From: Utricularia gibba
Lineage: Eukaryota; Plantae; Magnoliophyta
Direction: 5' to 3'
Assembly (NCBI GenBank): GCA_002189035.1
Contig: NEEC01000012.1
Location: forward strand, 2,232,001-2,296,000
DNA: 64,000 bases
Positions 24,715-37,952 of the stretch are shown in pieces; the stretch's first letter is position 1; each line of letters starts with the position of its first letter. Under the pieces are notes generated by a model, which saw only the letters and a list, made by a program, of their open reading frames with translations, was not told the DNA's origin and ran no database searches. The position numbers and the translations under genes were made by a program.

Positions 24715-26061
24715 ATGGGCTCAGAGGGAGGGTTTTCAGCAGCCCAGAAGAGGGTTTACGGTGGTCTTCCGACGGTTCGCAGCCGACCCGGATCGATTCT
24801 CCCCCGTGGTCGCCAGATACACAGAGCCTTCAACAATTTTAAGATTACACTTCTGTGTGGCTTTGTCACACTTCTTGTGCTTAGAGGAACTATTGGTCTT
24901 AATCTCGTTTCTCCCGGCGCGGAGGCGGAGAATCGGCATCTTATTGAGGAAACGAACCGTGTTCTTGAGGAGATCCGGTTTGGGAAGGAGCCGGATGACC
25001 TTGTGGAAGAAGAGTTTGTAAGTCCCAATACGACATTCACATTAGGTGCAAAAATTACATCTTGGGATGAGGATAGAAGTGTGTGGCTTGAGAATAATCC
25101 TCAGTTTCCTCGGTTTGTTAATGGAAAACCCAGAATACTGCTTGTTACTGGTTCGCCGCCGAACCCTTGTGATAATGCGATTGGGGATCATTATTTGTTG
25201 AAGTCTCTGAAGAATAAGATTGATTATTGCAGGATTCATGGGATTGAGATTGTTTATAACATGGCTTATTTGCACAAGGAAATGGCTGGTTATTGGGCCA
25301 AACTTCCATTGATTAGAAGGCTGATGCTTTCTCATCCTGAGGTTGAGTGGATATGGTGGATGGATAGTGATGCATTTTTCACCGATATGGTTTTTGAAAT
25401 TCCCGTTTCCAAGTACAAGGATCATAATTTGGTCATCCATGGATATCCTGATTTGTTGTTTGAGCAGAAATCTTGGATTGCTTTGAACACAGGGAGTTTC
25501 CTTTTCAGGAACTGCCAGTGGTCGCTGGACTTGTTAGATGCTTGGGCACCGATGGGGCCTAAGGGTCCAGTTCGTGAGCAGGCAGGTAAGATCCTGACTG
25601 CAAGCCTGAAGGGGCGACCCGATTTTGAGGCGGATGATCAGTCTGCTTTGATATATCTGTTGATCACTGAGCAGGATAAATGGATGACCAAGGTCTTTGT
25701 TGAGAACTCATACTACCTCCATGGTTTCTGGGAGGGTTTAGTTGATCAGTATGAGGTTATGCTTGAGAAGTATCATCCAGGATTAGGTGATGAGAGGTGG
25801 CCATTCGTTACTCATTTTGTGGGATGTAAACCTTGTGGGAGTTACGGAGATTATCCAGTCGAGAGATGTTTGAAGAGTATGGAGAGAGCTTTCAACCTTG
25901 CCGACAACCAAGTTCTTAACCTGTACGGGTTTAGGCATCGTGGTCTGACTAGTCCCAACATCAAGAGGATCCGGAATGACACCGTCAATCCTTTGGTGTA
26001 TGCTGATCATTTTGACATTCGGCATTCTCTGCTGGGTGGAACCACCAGTACTAGAGGCTAG
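24715..26061 (+). CDS. GT34 glycosyltransferase, xyloglucan 6-xylosyltransferase-like (XXT3/4/5 clade), single exon
   Basis: 448-aa ORF with type II TM segment (ITLLCGFVTLLVLRGTIG) and motifs LKSLKNKIDYCR, WAKLPLIR, WIWWMDSDA, WPFVTHFVGCKPC, MERAFNLADNQVL. Confidence 0.95.
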   Translation: MGSEGGFSAAQKRVYGGLPTVRSRPGSILPRGRQIHRAFNNFKITLLCGFVTLLVLRGTIGLNLVSPGAEAENRHLIEETNRVLEEIRFGKEPDDLVEEEFVSPNTTFTLGAKITSWDEDRSVWLENNPQFPRFVNGKPRILLVTGSPPNPCDNAIGDHYLLKSLKNKIDYCRIHGIEIVYNMAYLHKEMAGYWAKLPLIRRLMLSHPEVEWIWWMDSDAFFTDMVFEIPVSKYKDHNLVIHGYPDLLFEQKSWIALNTGSFLFRNCQWSLDLLDAWAPMGPKGPVREQAGKILTASLKGRPDFEADDQSALIYLLITEQDKWMTKVFVENSYYLHGFWEGLVDQYEVMLEKYHPGLGDERWPFVTHFVGCKPCGSYGDYPVERCLKSMERAFNLADNQVLNLYGFRHRGLTSPNIKRIRNDTVNPLVYADHFDIRHSLLGGTTSTRG

Positions 26062-27399
26062 CCTCTAGCTTCATCACCGTACATCCAATAGCTGATTTGT
26101 TGTAGGTATGCCAGCACTAAGTAACTCTTCTATGAAAGCCTCTTCTCTTTCTGAGCTTAATCCAGTTTTCATCATGCTAAATGAAACAAGTACATGATAC
26201 AGTTTCGGGACACCCCTTGTTCTATTATGATGTGATTACTCTGTTTTTATACCTCACCACTGAACTTTCACTTCTCCTCTTATTGGTGTATGCTGGATTC
26301 GTGGGTGTTTTTTTTTTTTTTCAGTCACATGGTTATTTATCCCGGCAGATCTTGTCTGCATATCACCACAATGCATAAACCATCCAAGCTAATTGTGGTG
26401 GAAGAATCTACATACCGCATTCTCTTACAATAGTTAAATTCTGGGATTGATTTCTTTGTCTTGCAGTATGGGAGCAGCAAAACTACGAGAAGAACAGTGT
26501 GCACTGCATTGACACAAGAGTTCGGGTATACCCGGATTACTTCATAAGATAAGATACTCCCTGTGGTAGATTTCAGGACAGTATGGCGAATGAGATCTCT
26601 CTCTGTATTGGGTAAGTTGCTGCAAGACACCCTGTTCTTCCAAATTTTCAACTATATGGATGGATACACATATTTATATGTGCAAATTTGATGCTTCTCA
26701 AGCAACATTTTGATCAACTTCTGAACATATTCTTTCTCAAAACAAGAAAGCTTAAAAAAAATGGTGTTTGTACAGGAAAAGGGTAGTGAGAGCTTGTTGG
26801 GTGTTCTGAGAGTTAGCATTTGTGAGCTCATTTAATTCGTAGTTGTGCTTCATGTGCTGCTAAATCCCACCTGGTTTAAATGCTGGGAACTAAAACCCTA
26901 AATCGCTCCATCTCGCTATCGCCCTATGGGCTTGGGTCTATTTTTCACTAATTCGGGTTACTTGGTGAAAAATATAATGTTTTAAAAGTAGTAAACATGT
27001 ATTAAATATATATTATGAGACATATTTAAATAATACTTCTACTAGTTTTATTGATTCAATCATGTTTTGATATCTAAAAAAAGATCTTGAGATCAAACTC
27101 ATGTGATTATTAATTTTTTTATTATTTTTAAAGTATACAATTAATTCAAAATTTTATTAAAATTTTGAAAAAATAATTAATTAAAAAACTCCTTAATATG
27201 TAAAGGTGTCCAATTATTTAATTTATACAATATTTTATTTGTTTAAATATATTATTTATGTATTATCTTTTAATACCCAAAAAAAAGGGAATGATTATTA
27301 TTGAGATTTATTGACTATCAAGCATTTGTATTTCGTTATAAAATCACTTCATTGAGCGAGGGAAATTAAAAACAACTCATGAGGAAGCCGACAAACCAT

Positions 27400-28272
27400 T
27401 CATTGCGGGGCAGCCAATGAAATCACATCAAGGACCACGGACACGGCGAGGAGGAATCCGGTGAGAAACACAAAGCTGATGGACACGGCGACACGGCCGC
27501 AGAAAACGTCTAACGGTTTGCAGAAGTTGGGCAAAGCGGAGTGGCGAATCCCGGTCCGGTTCAGGCTGGTTACTCCCGACGCTGCTGATCCGGCGCTTAT
27601 CATCAGGTACGCAAATATCTACACCACAAGCAGGAATGGTTACATACCAGTGAAGTTCGAGTGCTGCAGGGCATACTGGTATCAGTATGGATATGAAGAA
27701 GAAGAAGAAGAAGAGTGTGTTTCTCTGTTCGAGAATGAGTCACAGCACCCAAAAAACGGCATGAAATGAGTTGAAGCTTCTCTGGTTAGTATGAATGTGT
27801 GTGAGTGCATGTCTGGTTACCTGATCTCCGGTGAAGACGAGCCAGGTATGGCTTCGGGGTGTACGGGTCTTCCGGGCGGCCTTGGATGCGATGATGAGAA
27901 GCTGAAACGACGAGTAGGCCGCCACGCCAACAGAAACGCCGACGACGTACCTGAAGTTGCGTCACTTTGATTGCATGTTGGGATGGGATATTGAAACTAA
28001 AGATCACGCTTTTTTTGTTCTGAAAAGATGATCGGATTATGTAACCTGAAGGAGTCGGATAAGGACCACTTGGAGTAGAGGGGAACGCTGAAGCCGTAGA
28101 AGGAAAGGACGCCGGCCTGCTCCGCCGTGATCATCACCGACAGCGCCGCCACGCTCGTCAAGAGGCAGAGCGTCCTGATGACGCCGTCCACAGCGGCGGA
28201 GGACACCTTCCACCGGTTTGCCGCCTCCGGCAGCTGAACCTTTGCGTCTCCGCTGTCGAGTCCATTTTCCAT
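27400..28272 (-). CDS. CASP-like protein of the 3A type, 3 exons
   Basis: Exons 28272-28046, 27950-27821, 27618-27400. Motifs KWSLSDSFRYVVGVS, WLVFTGDQIFAYLMISAGSAASGV, RTGIRHSALPNFCKPL..FC; four hydrophobic segments. Confidence 0.9.
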
Positions 28273-30393
28273 TCTCACTTCTCTTCCGATGCGCCAGAGA
28301 AAAATGGGTAACCATCCATCCAGTTTGGAAGTTAACTAGATCCCCAGTCCGATCGCATGCAATTTCCCGTGATCTACCGACCCCGGCGATGAAACAAAAG
28401 CTCCCTCAAAAGACTCGACGAAGATTCTGTAAGCTACAAACAGACAAACCTTCTGCATGTCTTCATGCGTTCGTCAATTATGATATTTATGTGAAACATC
28501 AGATTTCAAGATTCCAGAAACTCCATTAGGAGGAACCTGAATTAGAGTCATAATACACGCTAAAAAGTAATCACAGATACCATGACTTGGCCGATGTTAG
28601 CAGGCCTTGCTGATGAGCTAACTGCAAGCAGTATCTACAAGCCAAGCCATTTGGAAGAACTGATTCTGGCCTGGACTGAAGAAGAAGAACTGTCTAGTTC
28701 ACCCTCCAGAGAAGAAGAGGTCCAATCCAAAGAGGAAAAATACACATATGCACCGCAGCACCGGCGAGAAACTGATGAGGCCACAGTTGCATCTGTCATG
28801 TATCCTTATAAGTAAAACATTCTCAGTGTACATAAAAGAATGTGTATCAAGAAAGGTACTACTTTATACTTATTCTTGCTCACCCTTCAAAATCTTATCT
28901 AGCTCACTACTAAGCAAGAAAAGTCAAGCTTGAAGAATCCATGGAATTCTTCAGACGATTGGTCCTTTAACATCCTTTAGACAGAATAAAACAATTTTCC
29001 AACTGATAAAAAAAGTAACCGGTGTTGTTAAAAGATGGCCTCTGCACCAAGCTCGATGAAGATGATTCAATGCTTTGATGGTCAAGTTCAATCAGAAAAG
29101 GGTTGTCGCTTCCTTTCTGAAAACAGAATAAAACTCCCTGAGTTTTATCTTCCAAGCCATCCTGCAACTTTCATCTTCTTTCCACTCTATGAACAGAATC
29201 AGTAAAAGACAACAACCCTCAGACGCTGATGAGGACGAGCTCACTCTCAGAATGCATTCCAGTGGCATACTCTATGTTTGAGAGAAGTGAAAAATGAGAT
29301 TAGTCGGTATCAATATTGTTTTCCAATGTGGGGTATTTGCGCTCTTGTAGATATTATAACTGGGTTTGTTCTAAGGCAAAGGACTGTATCAGATACATTT
29401 CCAGAACGCGAGGATGCACATGAAGAAGGCGAAGCTGTTCAACCTCCCTGAAAGCTACTCGACTGATAGGTAGCAAACCTCCTGGCGACTTAAGTTATTT
29501 TATATGGACATGAAATAATTGTGTGACCTTTTTCTAGGATAAGGAAGAAAAAAGTTGGGATTTTTAAAAAGATACATTTATTTTAAGCCTCAGAGTCCTT
29601 TTCAAAGGCACGCATGTGGCTTGTAATTTCTCCATCAAAAAATACCTGCTCCCACATCGCACACACACCTGTTCCTAGTTTCTTGTGCTTCAAAATTATT
29701 TACTTTGAGAATTTTTTTTCCCTCCAAAGCATAGATACCTTTGTTCCAAGCCTGTTGTTTGACACACATGAACCAGCATTGAAACTCAACAGTCAAACAT
29801 GCTCAAGGCTACATAGATCAGAGATGACTCAGAAAAAAACAATCAATAATTGGAGTTGTGGCTAAGCAATAAACGTATTCTACACCCCAAAGGTGGCATA
29901 GTTTCTGTAAGTTCACTCCACGTTCTTTTCAGAGGTTGCGGTTTTTCATGTATGGTCCATCCAACTATGAAAGTAACTTTTAAACTGATGCAATTTGCGT
30001 AGAAAAGAAAAGTCTAGCTTTGAGACCATTCAAGGTACAAAATGTGCAGAAGTCCCAAAAAGGGTCACACTCTCAAAACCACTTTTCCTTTTATTAGGTA
30101 GCAAAAAAAGAGAACATATGTTCATTGAACCAAAAATATAGAAAACATCAAAACAAAAAGGGTAGGTACACAGCCTACCCTTAACCTACAAGTAGCTCTT
30201 GTACAAGAATATGTACAAAATGGGATGAGGGCAGTCTCCATAACTATATCCCTCAAAACTAGTTCCAACAGGGCTAAGCAGTTAATGAGAATTCCCCACG
30301 GTGGAAGTCCAAGATCTTTATAAGGGGAAATGCTAACAATGATGAGTGAAAGATTGATCGGTCCACATCAAATCCGAACCAGTGTACCTCAGG

Positions 30394-32159
30394 TTATGCA
30401 GTTTCCTGGAAGGTCATAGAGCGGGACAAGGCAGCAGGATTTGCTTGCAGAGCTTGTGAAGTAGGGTGCAGAGCATTTCCCCCTTGATCCTTTGGTTGAA
30501 GTGCCTTGAAAAGGCCTTTTCTACTAAGGGAATCATACTTGATCCCCAGGGTTTCCCATATTGAGCTCTTTGCAGCTTCCTCTGGATCATCAACCCTCAG
30601 TGTTTTAGGAACCACAATTGAGTTTTCAGATTTTTGTGGTTCAGTAGGATCCTCAGACTCTGGTTTCTTCCCCTTGAGCAACTCCCCATTTCTCGAATGT
30701 TTACCTAGGGGTGAGGCTGGCGCAAAGTTAGTTGCATTATGATCAGGAGGTGGAGACATGACCGGTAACCATGGAACGACCCAAGGATTAGACACTGCAC
30801 AATTCCAATATGGAGGTGGAAAAAATGGCATTGGATAAATGGCAGGGATGGGAACAGCAGTGTTCATGGGATAAGTCCATGCAACGCCGGGAATGCAAGG
30901 AACAGGAGGCGGAAAACAATTAAGGTTCTGTGGAACGGGAACTTGTGGTGTGCTTTTGCTGGAGCCATCACCACCATTAGAATCTTGATTCATGCAGGGA
31001 ACAGGGGAAGCTGCTGTACCAATATTGTAGACACCACTTCCAGGACCATTCTGTGCTCTTTTATCAGCAAGTTTCAAGCCTGAGGCTGTGGACTCACACA
31101 ATGATGAATCTGGGCCGAAAGAAAGAACTGTCGAGCCTGGCTGCACGGCTGGAAGATGAAGGTTATTAGAATCATCCGTTATTCCAGCACCGAGGGCCTC
31201 AGAAATTGTTACATGGCGACAATTTGAGTTTGAACTCTTGGTCTTACGACGACCTGCTCCGACTGGAAGATTTCTCATCGCACCCCCAGCAGTCCAGTAC
31301 CTCTGACAGCTCTTGCAGAAGTGTCGAGGTTGGTTAACGTTGTAGTTGTTGTAGTAGCAGAACTTCGTATCCATGCTATTGCAACGAGGGCAAGGCAGGA
31401 TTTTATCCGGCTTCTTAAGTGGCTTCTGCTGCCTATTGTTTCCATCATTATCACTCATATCATTTGCAGGCATAGTTTCTCCTTCCCAATTAGGATTTTC
31501 ATCCGAAGACCCTATTGACCCAGGGTTTTGGGGTTCATCTGCTGAAGTTATACAGCACTCGTTCCCTTCTAATTCATCTGTCTCAGATGTCTCAGCCACT
31601 TGGCCCTCCTGATTTTCAAAAGATAAATAAATTGAGGTTCCAGAAAACACAATTAAAGATCTTATTTAGCAACACCCCAATCCAAACAACCCTTCACAGA
31701 TTCCAAGCTCAACAGAAGTTCAAGAAAAGAACTTTCCGAAACCTAATGAGAAATCAAGCAAAAAATACTTTTGGGCGGAAGTCAAACCGCGATCTAAAGA
31801 TGCTATAAAAGATGAGATATATGATTTGGAAAATACGAGGATCTCGAAAATAAGCCACAAACCCCAGACCTTTATCAAATTCAGAGCACGCATAAAGCGC
31901 ATAACGCCTCACAATGTCAAGGATATGAACTGAATACAAAGAGAAGCACAAAAGGTCATCTTCAATTACTGTACTGTAAAGTCCGATTCGAATCAGGTTA
32001 GAAAGTCACCTCCTCCGCCTGCAGAATCTTGTCCCCATCTTCGCCCCCTCGGCTTTCAACCGAGGAGGAATCGCAGCATCCACAGCCGCTTCCTTCAGAC
32101 GCTTCCGCCGTGACTGGGAACATAATTTTGCTCCCGAAAAGCTTAATCTCCGGCTCCAT
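30394..32159 (-). CDS. Cycling DOF factor (CDF-type Dof zinc finger), 2 exons
   Basis: Exon 1 (32159-32010) carries the IKLFG motif. Exon 2 (31608-30394) has the Dof domain [37 protein letters not shown], and the CDF motifs [31 protein letters not shown] and [16 protein letters not shown]. Confidence 0.96.
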
Positions 32160-32262
32160 AAAAGGCGACTTGTTCGCACGAAGAAGATGTCAATAAAGAA
32201 AACCAAAACAAAGGAAAAGATATGCAAAAGAAAAGCTTCGTTGGCACTTGGCAGTGGTGAGC

Positions 32263-32456
32263 GACGTGCTTTTGATCTCTATGATATCGGATCAAACGAC
32301 GCCGTTGCAGTTGTGCGCCACGTCAGCGTAGGGTTATTCTCCGCCACAAATTTTTAGTTACGTAATCCGACGTCGTTTCGTGGGGAAAAATTGGGGCGCC
32401 GCTTTTTTATTCGTTCTGTGGGCATACCGAATATAGTTCGTGGGCGATCCGACGTG
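32263..32456. promoter_or_regulatory. Cluster of five ACGT-core (G/C-box-like) elements in the CDF proximal promoter
   Basis: GACGTG 32263, CACGTC 32319, TACGTA 32359, GACGTC 32369, GACGTG 32451. Confidence 0.45.
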
Positions 32457-33841
32457 GAGTGCGGTGATTGGGCATGTATATATTTATTGTTGGGCATTTA
32501 ATTTTAATAGTCGTTTATTTTGAGCCTTGTGTTTTGACGCTCCAGCACCCAGCAAACGCAGCACTAAAGTTGATGTCTATCCACGAGACTGCTCCCCGAT
32601 TCGTTGAGAAAAATTCCACTTGCTGCTTTTTATAAGATGTGTATTTAATTTATCTCGTTTCTTTTTCAACCCAAAAGCACCGACGTGATTATTAATAACA
32701 AATAAATCTCTAAAACAAACAATCTTTCAAAAATTAAAATAAAATATTTAAATATATAATACAGTATAGAATTTGATGATAGCATTATATGTTAAAGTAT
32801 AGATAATTTAACTCTTAAGTTTCAAAATTGTATTGTAAATCCCTCAAATTGTTTTTTTATAAACAATTTGATCTTAAACTTATGAAACTGTATACTTAAT
32901 TCATCATATTTGGATCTTTATTATATAATTTTGATAATTGTTTAGGTCTTTATATTTAATTCTTCATATTTGGATCTTCATTGCATATTTAATTTCTCAT
33001 ATTTGATTCATTTTTAAAAATTTTGAAAATTGTTTAAATCTTTATTGCATGATTTTGGTAACTTGAAATGTTTTTTTAAAATTTTGAAACTTGGGAATTA
33101 AACTCTTCATAATATTGATTAATTATTTTTATTTCAAATTTCTCATATAATAAATCATAAATCATTAATAATTAGTTAAATTTAATATTTTTAAATTTGA
33201 TCTATGCTTATTATATACTTGAGCTTCATATATACTTGTACAATCCATTGGATTTTTAATTTCAATAATAAACATTTCAATTTTTTTTAAATTATAACCA
33301 TACACCTTTTTGACATGTCCAGCATGAACGAGCGCATATATGCATCAAAACGGATGTGTGTGTTTGATAGTTTATTTAAAATCGTGATTATATTATTTCA
33401 AATAAAATACAATTTACCTATTTAAATTTGAAATATATTAAATAGATATGGAAAATTTAAATTTACCTAAAACCAATTTTAAATAAATCATTTTGTTATC
33501 AAACCATCTTATTAAATAAAATATCCCAAAAATTCAATTTATAATTATCTTCAACTTGGGCTCCCATGATATATATAATTGAGATGATGAGCCTTGGCCC
33601 GACGTCCATTGGCCCGCTGCAGCTTTCTTCTTTCAACTGCTGAATTGAGCAGCAGAAAAACAAGAGCAACTGCACTCCCAAGGAAGTTCTCAACTTCAGG
33701 GTATCCCATTGTAGGCGTTCTTTGGAAGTTGTGTTGTCGCATCTCCGGAAACTGAAGCCGGAGTCGCACTGGTCTTTCGCAAGCATGCCTGGTGCTGTAA
33801 AACGCTCGCCGGAGTATTATGAAAACCAGATCAATTTCCGA

Positions 33842-35554
33842 TCACCAGTAGTCGTTGCAAGAGCAGCGTCCCTGCCAGAAAGTATGGAACCGGTTGCGAT
33901 CTCTAACAATAATTCTCCGGTTATAAACAGCGGATAGATACTTCGAGAAGGTATGGCAATCCACGCAGGTCCGGAGGTCTTTGGCTACTCTGATTGTTGT
34001 GTTTGGTAGAGTCGCAAGAATGCCGTAAGCAATAGCCAGTTTCTCGCTATGGTAGTGCTCCTCTGATCTTATTTCAGGAACATAGCCAGCTAGTCCAAGT
34101 TGCTGGTTGATCTCATCCAGCATTTGGTAAACTTCTTTCCTTCTCGGATGTGAAACATCGTCTGCATAAAATTCGTGCACTCGGCCACTCAGCTCGATTG
34201 TGCTTGCAGCGGGTTTAGTGCAAACTCCAGCATCTTTCATCATCTTCCTCACTTCCAATACCTCTTCATTGTTCCCTGCAGAAGAATAGATGTTGAGTAA
34301 GAGAATGTAATCTCCAGCTTCTTGAGCCTTGAGCTCAACCAAGTGTTGGACAACTCGCTCTCCCAGAGTTTCATGGCGATGGATTCTGCAAGCTGCAAGT
34401 AGTGTCCTCCAAATGGTTGCATCTGGTTTTACTCTCATCGAAGTGATGAGGTCATAGGCTTCTTCGAGCAAGCCAGCACGGCCCAGGAGATCAACCATAC
34501 AACCGTAATGCTGAACATTTGGCATGAGATGGTAATCTCTACTCATGCTATTGAAAATCATTCGGCCCTTTTCAACAAGTCCGGAGTGACTGCAAGCTGA
34601 TAGAACTCCTGTGAATGTCTGATCACCTGGTGAAATGCCATTTCTTTGCATCTCCTGGAAAGCTTCAATAGCATCTGAGGCATAGCCGTTACTTGCTAGA
34701 CCAGATATCATGGCACTCCATGAGACAACGTCCTTGTTGATCATCTTGTTGAACACACTGAATGCTTCTTCGACAGAACCGCATCGAGAGTACATAGATA
34801 TCAGAGAATTACAAAGATTTTTGGCATGCATTAGGCCTTGTTCAACAGCATACTCATGGACCTTTCTACCGAATTCCAGTGCATTCAGCTTTGCACATGC
34901 CTGAAGAACCAAAATACAAGTCACAGCATCTGGATTCAATCCAAAACAGTTTCTCATCGCGTCGAACGAACTTAACGTATCCAATGTCCTCCCATTTCGA
35001 ATATAGCAAGAAACCAACACATTCCATGCAACAACATCCCTGTGACGCATTTCATCGAACACTTTATAAGCATCATGAGACTTCCCCAAAGACGAATAAA
35101 AATCCATCAAAGTCGTCAACAACATGGCATCGCCCGAATACCCATTTCTCCAAATCCGAGCATGAATCTGAATTCCATCAAATAAAGATTCGATCCGATG
35201 GCAACACTTGACGGCGAAGCTTGCCGAGAAGGAATTCGCTGAAATACCTGAATGAAGCAAATCCCGGTAGAAATTCAACCCGTTTCCAGCCGTATCAGAG
35301 CTCGCCGAGTGAGCCCTGATCATCAAATTGTAGAAAGAAAGACCAGGGTTTGCGACTGTGGAGAAGATCCTGCGTGAGTATGGCAAATCCTGGAGCGGGT
35401 AAAGCGCGAAAGCAGAGAGCAACGAGAGACAAATGGTGGGACTAAAGAAACCCGAGGAACGAAGAAGATGAGCGTGCAGCTGCAGAAAGTGGGGTTTGTG
35501 TAAGCATGACTTTATCAGAGAAACAATGGCGGTTTCTTCACCGACTGCATTCAT
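33842..35554 (-). CDS. PLS-class PPR protein with E/DYW domain (resembles At3g47530), single exon
   Basis: 570-aa ORF with PLS repeats (DVVAWNVLVSCY, DVVSWSAMISGLA, HYGCMVDLLGRAG), HSEKLAIAYG, CVDCH and terminal CSCNDYW. Confidence 0.95.
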   Translation of the reverse strand: MNAVGEETAIVSLIKSCLHKPHFLQLHAHLLRSSGFFSPTICLSLLSAFALYPLQDLPYSRRIFSTVANPGLSFYNLMIRAHSASSDTAGNGLNFYRDLLHSGISANSFSASFAVKCCHRIESLFDGIQIHARIWRNGYSGDAMLLTTLMDFYSSLGKSHDAYKVFDEMRHRDVVAWNVLVSCYIRNGRTLDTLSSFDAMRNCFGLNPDAVTCILVLQACAKLNALEFGRKVHEYAVEQGLMHAKNLCNSLISMYSRCGSVEEAFSVFNKMINKDVVSWSAMISGLASNGYASDAIEAFQEMQRNGISPGDQTFTGVLSACSHSGLVEKGRMIFNSMSRDYHLMPNVQHYGCMVDLLGRAGLLEEAYDLITSMRVKPDATIWRTLLAACRIHRHETLGERVVQHLVELKAQEAGDYILLLNIYSSAGNNEEVLEVRKMMKDAGVCTKPAASTIELSGRVHEFYADDVSHPRRKEVYQMLDEINQQLGLAGYVPEIRSEEHYHSEKLAIAYGILATLPNTTIRVAKDLRTCVDCHTFSKYLSAVYNRRIIVRDRNRFHTFWQGRCSCNDYW

Positions 35555-37952
35555 ATTTCATGGTGTAGTCCTACTACAATACCCGCCAAGTTCCTCCGCT
35601 AAGCCTTTTTCAACCTTCAGAAAATCACCTTTTACTCCCTCCATTTCCCCCATTCTATCTTTTCGGCCCTTCTAATCAACAAATATAATTTTGGTCCTTT
35701 TCTAGAACACACCAAGGTGCCTACCAAATTCATCGCGCGTTTTGCAATATTGATATCATAAGCTTTATAATTTACTAAATTCAGGAGGAATTATTTCTAT
35801 AAAATCATTCTACATAAAGAAAAGTTTAATAATTAAATAATTTAAATTAATGTTTTTTTAAACAAGAAATTTATGTGTCACACAAATATCAATGATACTG
35901 AATTTATTTTTTCTGATAAAAAAAATGTAAACCATATTTAATGTATTTCAATTTCGCAATTTCCAGTGAGTTGATAAGATTGATGGGATCGAGATGCGTT
36001 GGAGCCTATCAAACCACAACACGCAAATAAATGTAATTATTTGTCAAGCATAGTAAAATATAATATAAATTATATTAAAAAAATTAAAAACAATGTTTGA
36101 TTGACAATATTGTTAAGGGTGAAAATCGATATGCCGGTTTAGACCGATTTTCGTGTTGCTGATGGTGTCGTTTTCCTTGTTTATCGTCTTTTTGATTCGA
36201 TTGGATGCACCTTTCATGTCTCAATATGATCGGTTTTAAACCAACTTTGTAGTATTTAAATAATTTTTCATATCATATTCTTAGAAGTCATTCCAAACCT
36301 GAGAAGTATCATCTTTCCTTCCTATTATTCATCAATTATTTTGTATTCACCAATTTTTATTTTTTATTATTAGTGAATTTTAATCTCTAATATTAATAAG
36401 AGCCCCCATCAATTTTCTCGTTTTTTAAAAATCAACGTTGCTCGTATTCTTTCTCTTATTTCATAAGAACAAATCAATCGATCCCTAAAAATCTGACTGT
36501 TATGAAAGAAATTTTTTTCAATAACCTAATATGTGCTTTATAAAAAAAATTCAATTTTTATTCGGAATTTTATGTTTCGGTGTAAAATCATAGCAATGAA
36601 ATAATCAGCGATTATGTTATCGAGCAAGATAATTAAATGTGGAATTTGTTCTTTAAAATTATTGAAGCATGTGGTTGGATTTATTTATTCAGAAATAATT
36701 AAAAATATAACAATACAATAAATACATTTTCGCACACCTTTGTTTTATTCATCCAACAAAATCCATCACCCCGCCCCCTGCAACGCAAGCGCGCCATTTG
36801 TCGAATAAAAATAGTAACAACAATAAATACCGAATGCGACGCGAATGGAAATCCTCGCCCCCGGCGGGCCCCGCAGCAAGAGCGCATCGGTGATCAGCAA
36901 TTATATGCGTCGGTTGTCCAACGACGCGCAGGCGCAGCCTCCTCCGGCAGCCGGGCCACGTCACATGTGTTTGCATTATTTGCTTCGTTGCAACGTTTCT
37001 TTCCGAACCCTCTCGTCCTTTCTTTTCGCAGATTGGGACTTCAGTTTTTTTCTGCACCCAGACGCTGACCGCCAGCCGCTACTAAATTCAAGATTCTTCG
37101 AGTTACACCTAGAAATTGTCTGTGTTTTTTTTTTTATCATTTTAAAATCAAATCATAAGGTGTGGTGTAATTTGAAGATATTTTTAATATTATGTAAAAT
37201 ACAATCAATTTCGAGATTATGTAAATAGAATCAGTTTTACAGTTATAAATTTAAATAAAATAAATAAATATATTTTGGAATAGATAAAAATGCATTAATC
37301 TATTCACTAAAAAAATTCAGTAGTTTGTGAAATTAATCATATATAAATTTATTATTTTACTATAGAATGATTAAAATTAAAATACTGAAAATTAAATAAA
37401 ACCATCTCATTAAATTATTAAAACAGAACATGCTCTTAATATCTAACTGAATTTCACTTACTCCACCACGATTTCAAACTTGTGTTATAATTTAATTTTT
37501 TTGTGCATAATAAATGTTTGAATTGTGATTTTAAAACAGAATTATTTTCGATAAATATGTATAATAAATTTAAGATAAAATTACTATTGAATGAAATATG
37601 TCTTTTAATGCGATCTATTTGTGTGTTTATGGTTTAGTCCGCAATTTTAATTTTTTTAAAATCAAATGGCCATTGCTTACCAAATACCAATTTTCTCGAA
37701 TTTTAAAATCCTTTTATAGCTGTTTTATTCATATTTTATTAATTTTTGTGATGAAATTATTTTTAATTGGGGATAAATGTAATTTAAACAGCGATAAAGG
37801 AGTTCTAACCATAGAGGGCTCTCCACGTAACGAAAATTACATACAGTTTTCGATTTCTGAGGGGTAATCATTTTTAAATATATATTATAAAATATGAAAA
37901 GTTTAAAACATACCTATGAGTTGAATCATTTCTTTATGATTCTGTGTTCCTT

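Noticed and set aside
24736-26025. Several antisense or overlapping ORFs within XXT; the same applies to those inside TCP, MYB exon 3, PMEI and RIQ
   Set aside because: These are expected by-products of GC-rich coding sequence, with no independent signals.
28580-29500. Short ORFs and splice-like sites between CASPL and CDF
   Set aside because: No consistent frame or recognisable motif could be assembled.
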